DNA from: a virus
Virus record (IMG/VR): IMGVR_UViG_3300045988_092720
Direction: 5' to 3' (one strand)
DNA length: 64,000 bases
Shown: in pieces, positions 57,112 to 64,000 of the stretch
Numbering within the stretch: position 1 is the stretch's first letter
How the letters are laid out: each line of letters begins with the position of its first letter
Notes under the pieces: model-generated
Database searches by the model: none
Told to the model about the DNA's origin: nothing
What the model saw: only the letters and a program-made list of their open reading frames with translations
Program-made: the position numbers and the translations under genes

Positions 57112-57467
57112 ATTATATTTACATTTAATAGAGAATACAATTCAATTTGATACAATTTAATTGATAGTAGAATAATCACGCACTATATATTTTTTATATA
57201 TTATATTTGATGCAATTTAATTTCACGCATACGTATTATATAAAATATAATTTGATGTAGCATCGAACATACGTTTGCTTTGGGTGGTTGGCTGGCTTGC
57301 TCCGTCGTCCGTCAGTTCGCATAGTTGCTGGGTTTTCAACCGATGGCTCGGAAATGTGGGATAGTCAGGTTGTCCCAACGGACAGCACCACGTTGGGTTG
57401 AGTACCTCGGTACTTCGTAGATTGGTGCGTAGTTCGCCAGAAATAAGAGGCGAGAAAGGGGTTCATT

Positions 57468-57743
57468 ATGAACATCGAAAAACAAATACAAGTGTCTTGG
57501 AAAGCCGCTATAGCGATATTATTAGGAAAAGCTGGTATTTATGACGCCAACTTAGATTACGTGCATCTTTCTGATGCAGAGGGTTTCCCAGAAGATTACG
57601 GTTGGATTGAATATCGTAGTATAGAGGGACCTGTAATTTATACTTCTACACCATTTTGTTTTATGGCTTATAAAAATAATGTAGCTCGTGCTAAAAAAGT
57701 TGGTATGAGAAAAATTATTCGTGCATACGAAGTATGTCGATAG
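57468..57743 (+). CDS. hypothetical protein (91 aa)
   Basis: AAAGGGG RBS; first ORF after a GC-rich structured leader. Confidence 0.45.
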   Translation: MNIEKQIQVSWKAAIAILLGKAGIYDANLDYVHLSDAEGFPEDYGWIEYRSIEGPVIYTSTPFCFMAYKNNVARAKKVGMRKIIRAYEVCR

Positions 57744-57762
57744 TGTATTAGGAGTGAATATT

Positions 57763-57978
57763 ATGAGACGTGAGTTTGCATCTACGTACCCAGCGGGTAC
57801 AGATTTCTTTTTAATGTTTGACTCTGCCCGTATTGTGGCAGTTCACATGGGCGAAGATGTTCCAGATGCTTTGTCTGATGCTGATTTAGAATGTTTGGCT
57901 ACGGAACGATGTGTGTCTATTCACACTATCCGTCTTGAACATCAATATTTCCAACGTGGTATTTTAGGCTGGGAGTAA
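57763..57978 (+). CDS. hypothetical protein (71 aa)
   Basis: AGGAGTG RBS then ATG 57763; the track ORF starts at a GTG further upstream. Confidence 0.4.
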   Translation: MRREFASTYPAGTDFFLMFDSARIVAVHMGEDVPDALSDADLECLATERCVSIHTIRLEHQYFQRGILGWE

Positions 57979-58005
57979 TCCCAGTCTTTTTAATTGGAGG
58001 TTATT

Positions 58006-58149
58006 ATGACACTCAAAGAATTGCGTAGAAAACAATCCAAGGATAAAGCCTTGGTGGAAGATATACTGTTTATTACAGGCGTATTTGTGTTATTAGTTAT
58101 CTGGGGACAATACTGTTTGTCCCATGGTTGGGTAATATTTTTAGATTGA
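58006..58149 (+). CDS. small membrane protein (47 aa)
   Basis: GGAGGT RBS; one hydrophobic helix; <60 aa, not in track. Confidence 0.35.
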   Translation: MTLKELRRKQSKDKALVEDILFITGVFVLLVIWGQYCLSHGWVIFLD

Positions 58150-58562
58150 GGGCTGATATGTTCAAAGTTAAAAATGCATTGGAAATCTTAACTATTCGAG
58201 CCTTTTTATCATACTTGGATAGAGGCTATGGTGTACTACCACTAGGCAATAGTATTTTTGCTGTTGCATATGAAATCTATGTTCGTGATTTTTACAATAA
58301 TATAGATTGTGATGTTACTTGCATTACCGTACAAGACCGTCATCTTTATGTAGATTACCGTAATAATATTGCAGAATGCTATGATGGTGATTATACACCA
58401 CTATGGACACCTGAAGAATGTTTATATTATACGCTCTTGTCAGTTGGTTTGGTCAATAAAGGCGATAAATACAAGAAATTTGTCGGTAAAGACCGTGAAT
58501 ATGGTAAACCTTGGAAATATTATTGGGAAATAGATTGGAACACAAAACAGGAGGATGAATAA
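58128..58562 (+). CDS. hypothetical protein (probable start 58158, 134 aa)
   Basis: Track ORF; internal ATG 58158 has a GAGGG RBS. Confidence 0.45.
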   Translation: MGNIFRLRADMFKVKNALEILTIRAFLSYLDRGYGVLPLGNSIFAVAYEIYVRDFYNNIDCDVTCITVQDRHLYVDYRNNIAECYDGDYTPLWTPEECLYYTLLSVGLVNKGDKYKKFVGKDREYGKPWKYYWEIDWNTKQEDE

Positions 58563-58654
58563 TGTATAACGATATTTGGTGGTTAATTTTCTTAATTATG
58601 GCTGGTATATTTATTATTATTATCGGACTTGGCGTAATTTATATTTTCTTATAG
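58562..58654 (+). CDS. hydrophobic peptide (30 aa)
   Basis: Strong AGGAGG RBS 7 nt upstream; TAATG overlap with the previous stop. Confidence 0.3.
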   Translation: MYNDIWWLIFLIMAGIFIIIIGLGVIYIFL

Positions 58655-58662
58655 GGGGTATT

Positions 58663-58812
58663 ATGTTAATTACGGTCGATGACATATTACGTGTTATAGA
58701 AAACAATCCGAAAACCTATACATGGTATATATATGATAGGTATACAAAAGTAACACGTGAAATCAATAATTTCCGTCTCGCCCCTGATATGCTAGTATTA
58801 TGTGATGACTGA
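58663..58812 (+). CDS. hypothetical small protein (49 aa)
   Basis: GGGGGT RBS; same frame as track ORF 58576..58812. Confidence 0.35.
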   Translation: MLITVDDILRVIENNPKTYTWYIYDRYTKVTREINNFRLAPDMLVLCDD

Positions 58813-58821
58813 GAAAACATA

Positions 58822-59013
58822 ATGAACAGCAAAGCTGTGTGCAAAGCTGTAAGATTTTTGCATTTAGATACGCTTGTAAAGGTTGGTCTATTCCATTACC
58901 AATACAGACACTATACTCTGTTTTATCATGAAAAACATATTCGTGATATTGTAATCCAAGATAAAAAAATTATCCTCGTTATCGACAGTGATGAAAGGAG
59001 ATGGGGTAAATGA
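58822..59013 (+). CDS. hypothetical protein (63 aa)
   Basis: ORF. Confidence 0.4.
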   Translation: MNSKAVCKAVRFLHLDTLVKVGLFHYQYRHYTLFYHEKHIRDIVIQDKKIILVIDSDERRWGK

Positions 59014-59366
59014 GCAAACAAGACGTAGGAAATTTGAGCTTTATTTATGATAGCAAGAAAAATCGTCCTGTATTTGCAAGACGGTTAATTAATGGTCAAG
59101 TGTGCGATATTCCATTGAAACGCACATCGTATACAGACGAACATACCGTGTTTTTAACATGGGATGGGTATCATGACCAATTAATGTCTAAGGATTTTGG
59201 TCGCATAGCCCGTAAAAATGGATATTGGATGGATGTTAAAATTCGTTCAGTTGGTATGCATTTTGTTGGCACTTGGGATATTTTTGAACAAGTAATTGAA
59301 GATGAAAAGGTATACCTATGTATCACAGATGGTACATTCCTAGAAGAAAACGGTCTATCATTATGA
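59010..59366 (+). CDS. hypothetical protein (118 aa)
   Basis: ATGA overlap with the upstream gene; GGAGATGGGG RBS. Confidence 0.45.
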   Translation: MSKQDVGNLSFIYDSKKNRPVFARRLINGQVCDIPLKRTSYTDEHTVFLTWDGYHDQLMSKDFGRIARKNGYWMDVKIRSVGMHFVGTWDIFEQVIEDEKVYLCITDGTFLEENGLSL

Positions 59367-59444
59367 TGCATGACGTAGTTTGTTTATTAATTTTATCTTA
59401 TATGCTTTATTGTGTGTATATTATTTGGAAAGGTGGTCAATAAT

Positions 59445-59960
59445 ATGGCTAGAACAATATTTGGGATTTTTAATAACGTAATCCAATTAAAAAAGGAATT
59501 TGCATCTACGCATGGTTTAGCATTTGAGGCAATTATTCCTGTGGATGAATTGAAATTCATCGCAGATACTTATAATGTAAGTGCTAATTGCGTATACTTA
59601 GCGTATAAATTATGGAAACAACCTACTTATTCCCCTAAAATTATACATGAGGTAGCTTCTAAAGCTGCTAAATTACCAGCTAAAGATAAAGTATTTTTGT
59701 ACAACTCATTAGTACCAGTGGCTGATATGGCGTTTGAAAATCTCCCTCATAATTGGGATATATGCCGAGGTAAAATGGCAACAAGTGTGTTACAAGATAG
59801 TATGGAATTAGGTGTATTCGACATTGCAGATGACTATTTCTTTCACGATAAAGACTTTGGTTTTTTGTCGTTCAATGAAATTCGTAATGTAGAACTCGCT
59901 GGTGCTATTGAAATGTGGTTATGGGAACAGACACAAGGAGGTAAACGTGGAGCTAATTAA
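59445..59960 (+). CDS. hypothetical protein (171 aa)
   Basis: AGGTGG RBS then ATG 59445; the track ORF starts at 59412. Confidence 0.45.
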   Translation: MARTIFGIFNNVIQLKKEFASTHGLAFEAIIPVDELKFIADTYNVSANCVYLAYKLWKQPTYSPKIIHEVASKAAKLPAKDKVFLYNSLVPVADMAFENLPHNWDICRGKMATSVLQDSMELGVFDIADDYFFHDKDFGFLSFNEIRNVELAGAIEMWLWEQTQGGKRGAN

Positions 59961-60276
59961 TAAAACTCCGCATGATATCACTATCCTTAATGAAGATGGT
60001 GAAGTAGTGCGGATAATTGAACCTACAGGTGAGGCTTGGAGATTACAGGAAGAAGTCCATTTTTCCCATTATGAAGATGGAGTCCCTGTAACAGAAAGTA
60101 GATACACATGTATTAATTTACCTCCTGAAAAGGAGAATGTTGCATACATTGTATCCCAACTGTTTATAAACTCTTATCCTCACCGTAGGGATTTAAGAGT
60201 GCCTGCTCAAGTGATTAGAACAGGCAGTAATATTATGGGTTGTTTGTCACTAGGTAGATTACCGAAAGGAGAATAA
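59947..60276 (+). CDS. hypothetical protein (about 109 aa, GTG start)
   Basis: AGGAGG RBS then GTG 59947; the track ORF starts at 59902. Confidence 0.4.
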   Translation: MELINKTPHDITILNEDGEVVRIIEPTGEAWRLQEEVHFSHYEDGVPVTESRYTCINLPPEKENVAYIVSQLFINSYPHRRDLRVPAQVIRTGSNIMGCLSLGRLPKGE

Positions 60277-60277
60277 A

Positions 60278-61063
60278 ATGGAAAACCTAGCTGTTACAGT
60301 TAATGCAGAAACTGGTTTTTCTGCATATATTGACACAGAAAATACTGTATGTTTCACTGAATTTAGTGGAACGAAATACTCCAAAGTTGACAGATTTTCT
60401 GACATTTGCTCTAAAATAGAAAAGGGCAAATACCGTATTCATGCCACTAAGTTTTATCGCCCTGAAGTCCTGTTAGTGCGAACTGATATGGATGACGAAG
60501 CTATTAAATACGGTGGGTTACCGTATCATGTAGGCTCTCAAACTTATGATATCGGCACAGTGCGTATTGGTCAAATTAATGGCGAAAAGTATGTATCTAT
60601 GATTGCCATTCCAAGAGCACAAGTAGCTAGTATTAAAAATAGTTTGAAGCGTTTTGGTACTGATTTACGAAGTATAGGATACTTTGGTGAGGGATTATAC
60701 CAAATAACTAAACGAAAAGCAAAACCTGATACGCCAATTGTAATTATTGCCGATGATGGTATTAGTTGCTTAGGTTTGGTATTCATTAATGGCTTATTAT
60801 GTGCTGCTCGTTATTACAACGATGTGGAAATTAAATTAGGTTTTGTGGAACGCTTAGTTGCATCAACAACTTTAGCACAAGACTTATACAATCCACAAGT
60901 TGCCTTGTTTACTCCTGAAAATAATGTCTGGACAAAAGCATTAAAAGGGGTAGAAATTGTAGATATTCGTCGCTATTATAGCAAAAATAAAGAAATCACA
61001 TCACCTTTGTTTTATAATAGTGTGGGCTTACTGTTTAAAAAAGGAGGAATTTTCAATGCCTAA
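60278..61063 (+). CDS. hypothetical protein (261 aa)
   Basis: AAAGGAGAA RBS. Confidence 0.5.
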   Translation: MENLAVTVNAETGFSAYIDTENTVCFTEFSGTKYSKVDRFSDICSKIEKGKYRIHATKFYRPEVLLVRTDMDDEAIKYGGLPYHVGSQTYDIGTVRIGQINGEKYVSMIAIPRAQVASIKNSLKRFGTDLRSIGYFGEGLYQITKRKAKPDTPIVIIADDGISCLGLVFINGLLCAARYYNDVEIKLGFVERLVASTTLAQDLYNPQVALFTPENNVWTKALKGVEIVDIRRYYSKNKEITSPLFYNSVGLLFKKGGIFNA

Positions 61064-61271
61064 TTTTGAAGTAAAACGCCATTTCCGTGTAGTGTTTGCT
61101 AAACCTACACGTAGTCTTCGATACAGATTATGTCAAGTGGGACGCTCAGAAACTCTACCAAATGGTAATATTGCCATTTATGCAAATCCATTCTACACAG
61201 ACAGTGAGTTTCATCGTAAAGCATCCAATTTAGTTACAGTGGATAGAATTATGGAGGGTGATTTTCTATGA
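61056..61271 (+). CDS. hypothetical protein (71 aa)
   Basis: AAGGAGG RBS then ATG 61056. Confidence 0.4.
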   Translation: MPNFEVKRHFRVVFAKPTRSLRYRLCQVGRSETLPNGNIAIYANPFYTDSEFHRKASNLVTVDRIMEGDFL

Positions 61272-62995
61272 GATTAACTTTAGGACGTATTGTAGAACAT
61301 AACAACCGTCGTTGGCGTGTTGTTGGTGATGGCTTCGACCATGAAGATAATTTTGGTTATATCCTAAATGATGGCGTTAATACAATCTTTGTTAAAGAGG
61401 AAGAACTGCAATACAAAACTGATTATAACATCAAGCCAGAAGATTGTCAACTTGTTAGATGCAATAATGGACGAACAGTTATTAACCATGGTGCTTTCTC
61501 GAACGACCATAAGCGATTACCATGGCGAATTGGCGATATTATTAAAGACCGTTATGGCAATATTCTTACTGTTGTCACTCGTGGCGATATAGTATACTAC
61601 TTCTGTGCTCGTATTGATAGCTACATTTATCAACTACCTGATGGTAATGATAATATTAAGCTAGGTACTAATGCTACCCATTGTGCTGTTACTGGTGAAG
61701 AACTAACAGATGCAATGGAAGTTCATACTAAATGTGGTGTGATTTATATAAATAAACGTAGTAAACCAGAATTCGTAAAACAATCCTGTTTAAGTGGGAA
61801 CTGGTATGAACCACAATACTTCCATTTAGTATTAGGCAAGGATTATGAAAATCTCTACGTTGGGTTTGACGAACTGCACCTTGTTCCTAATAATCCAGAT
61901 TTGGCTATTTGTAATGTTACAAATATTCCATTTTATATTGAGGATGAAAGAGATATTGTAAAGAGCACAGGTATTCATCCAGTACTTGTAGACTCCTTAA
62001 TGGTTACTTGTCCAGTATCTAATCTCTGTGGTTTAAAAAGAGAGATGTTGGTCGGATATATCCATGGTCAAGGTGCAACATTCTTCCATCCATCTATTAA
62101 AGACCAATTGGTATGTTATAATGGTACATATGGACGTTCTGAAGGTGACTTCTTTACCGTTGAAGATACTGGCGAGAAGTACAGCTATGCCGTAGCTGAC
62201 CAATTCTTTAGAGCCAACAACGGTAAATACTATAGCTCTCAATCAGTAGCTCCAATGTTAGGTATTCACCCTTATAACTTTAAACCAGAGCCGAAATTCT
62301 TTGGTAAAGGCAAAAAGTTTATTGGTATTGAATTAGAATTCCATAGCTGTGGTGAAAGCGACCGTACTGCTGATAGAATTATTGGTCCAATGAATAATAT
62401 TATCTACGCTAAACATGATGGCTCTCTACACGATGGTATTGAGTTTGTAACACATCCATGTACTCCAGAATACCATCTAAATGATATGGACTGGAATAAC
62501 TTTATCCAACGATTAGTTGATAATAATGGTGATGCAGGTTGTGGAGCTGGTATTCACATGCATGTAAATCGTAATTATTTTAAAGACGATTTGTGCATCG
62601 CTCGAATGGTACGTTTTATTGAAAATCACCATGACACAATTCTGCATATGTCCAATCGGACAGATAGCGACCGTAACTGGTGTGAAAAGTACAGATACAC
62701 TGTGAAAGAAATCAGAAGTATCTTTAGATACGCTCAAGGCTCTGGTGCTAAGTATAGAGCTCTAAATTTATGTCCTGCACATACAATTGAGTTCCGTATG
62801 TTTAGAAGCACTGTGAATGTTAATAGATTGAAAGCATATATCCAATTTGTTGATACTTTGACTAGCGTTGCTAATATGCAAAGTATTAAGTATATTGGTT
62901 GGTCTCATATTCGTAGACAAGCTGAAAAGCGTGGATATACAGAATTAATTCAGCTATTAGACAGTAAAAATATTGGTAAAGTAAAGGAGAAATAA
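61268..62995 (+). CDS. two-domain protein: Cys-rich N-terminal domain + C-terminal amidoligase-family (glutamine-synthetase-like fold) domain
   Basis: C-terminal region (about 62300-62992) has FIGIELEFHS...DGSLHDGIEFVTHP...GIHMHV...RALNL...TIEFRMFRS, the amidoligase_2 pattern. Confidence 0.5.
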   Translation: MRLTLGRIVEHNNRRWRVVGDGFDHEDNFGYILNDGVNTIFVKEEELQYKTDYNIKPEDCQLVRCNNGRTVINHGAFSNDHKRLPWRIGDIIKDRYGNILTVVTRGDIVYYFCARIDSYIYQLPDGNDNIKLGTNATHCAVTGEELTDAMEVHTKCGVIYINKRSKPEFVKQSCLSGNWYEPQYFHLVLGKDYENLYVGFDELHLVPNNPDLAICNVTNIPFYIEDERDIVKSTGIHPVLVDSLMVTCPVSNLCGLKREMLVGYIHGQGATFFHPSIKDQLVCYNGTYGRSEGDFFTVEDTGEKYSYAVADQFFRANNGKYYSSQSVAPMLGIHPYNFKPEPKFFGKGKKFIGIELEFHSCGESDRTADRIIGPMNNIIYAKHDGSLHDGIEFVTHPCTPEYHLNDMDWNNFIQRLVDNNGDAGCGAGIHMHVNRNYFKDDLCIARMVRFIENHHDTILHMSNRTDSDRNWCEKYRYTVKEIRSIFRYAQGSGAKYRALNLCPAHTIEFRMFRSTVNVNRLKAYIQFVDTLTSVANMQSIKYIGWSHIRRQAEKRGYTELIQLLDSKNIGKVKEK

Positions 62996-62999
62996 AATA

Positions 63000-64000
63000 T
63001 GTGTGTTATCGCTTATGCAAGTAAAGGTGTTGAAATTTCTGAAAAGGAGTTTCGCAACTGCTTTATAAATAACCCAGATGGGGCAGGGTTTATGATTTAT
63101 GACCCACAGAAGAAAAAGGTACATATCCGCAAAGGGTTTATGGACTTTGAAAGTTTTTGGTCTGCCGTTAAGGACCTACCTACGGATAAAGACCGTGTGT
63201 TTCATTTCCGTATCGCAACGTCTGGTAAGGTATCACCAGAATGTTGTCATCCTTTTATCCTAACAGATAATCTTGATGATATGCGTCAAACAGATGTATA
63301 CTCTGATATTGGTTTCTCCCATAATGGTGTAATGGCTGACTTCACTCCTACCGCAGCATTAAATGCACCTTATAGTGATACAATGCACTTTGGTGCTGAA
63401 ATTTTATATCCTTTACGTTCTAAGTTATACGAAGAAAGCACTCAATATCTTTTGAAAAAAGCCATGGGTAACAATAAGTATGCTATCCTTGGTAAAAAGG
63501 GTGCCATTATTCTTGGTGCTTGGAATACATCCAAAGAAACAGGTGTTCAATACTCTAATACATCCTACGAAGAACGCAAGAAATACTATGATTATGGTTC
63601 TTGTGGCAATTATGGATATGGTAGTTATAACAACTCCTATACATATTCTGTAGATGCAGATGCCGATGTTGATAAATTATCTGCCAAAATCAAAACATAT
63701 GGTGGTATTGTATCTTCTTGGTACTACGATACAGATAAAATTTACTTTACTGTAACAAAGTATTTGTATCCAACTAATTTCTCTGAGTACAATCTTCGTT
63801 ATGTTGGTTTTGGTGCAGGTTATTCTATCCCAAAGAAAGAAAAGAAAGTCGAAACTACGTATACAATGATACGTTGTTCGGCTGGTAATGTTCCAATGAA
63901 CCAAGAGAAAATCGAAATGATGATGCAATTCGTCGAAGATTGTGGTGGTTCTGTTTGGGATATGACAGAAAATACAGTATCGAAAGACATTGTATTGTAT
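63000..64000 (+). CDS. N-terminal-nucleophile (Ntn, YafJ-like class II glutamine amidotransferase-type) hydrolase, 3'-truncated by the window edge
   Basis: Starts MCVIAY (Cys2 nucleophile after Met removal) and has NPDGAGF; open to the window end; absent from the track because it has no stop. Confidence 0.5.

Noticed and set aside
56386-57250. Possible CRISPR array (many short repeats)
   Set aside because: Repeats are palindromic iterons with irregular spacing and there are no unique spacers of uniform length; not CRISPR-like.

Overview
This window reads as a segment of a densely packed, AT-rich (about 35% GC) tailed-phage genome, on chromosome or prophage unknown. Ribosome-binding sites are GGAGG-type and the promoters are perfect sigma70-like, which suggests a low-GC Gram-positive (Firmicutes-type) host; that is inference. 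Layout from left to right: (i) positions 155-2548 on the + strand hold a run of tiny, start/stop-overlapping early genes that ends at a bidirectional terminator near 2556-2581. (ii) Positions 2591-22272 on the - strand hold a nucleotide-metabolism and replication module. Its calls are a metallophosphoesterase, dUTPase, an SSB-like protein, a secreted 3D-domain protein, ThyX, a ribonucleotide reductase with an N-terminal ATP cone and NPCAE active-site motif, a Cas4-like nuclease, a primase-helicase fusion, a winged-helix regulator, a Rad52-like annealing protein and a DnaE-type PHP-domain replicative polymerase. At least five TTGACA-17-TAnnAT promoters are interspersed, four of them sharing an extended -35 TTGACAGC that sits in or next to GC hairpins. 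(iii) Positions 22540-23800 are an ORF-poor repeat-bearing region of about 1.2 kb with a small zinc-ribbon gene. (iv) Positions 23796-55138 on the - strand form one long late operon: large terminase, portal, scaffold, major capsid protein, an intrinsic terminator right after the capsid gene, connector-size proteins, fibre proteins with 11-residue repeats and collagen-like repeats, two embedded membrane proteins, a C-terminal Hint-domain protein, a trio of Q/N-rich proteins including a tail-lysozyme homologue, a giant 2793-aa ORF with an HEXXH motif, and an amidase_2 endolysin. (v) Positions 55139-57467 are a complex divergent control region with a polypurine tract, C-tracts, direct repeats, and an iteron-rich, ORF-free block bracketed by two related intrinsic terminators. 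(vi) Positions 57468-64000 on the + strand hold small genes followed by an amidoligase-family protein and an N-terminal-Cys (Ntn, YafJ-like) amidotransferase that runs off the window. The most interesting candidates are the amidoligase/Ntn pair, the stand-alone C-terminal Hint domain, the giant HEXXH virion protein, the iteron/terminator block and the conserved hairpin-promoter motif. All functional calls are motif recognition by eye; no database searches were possible.
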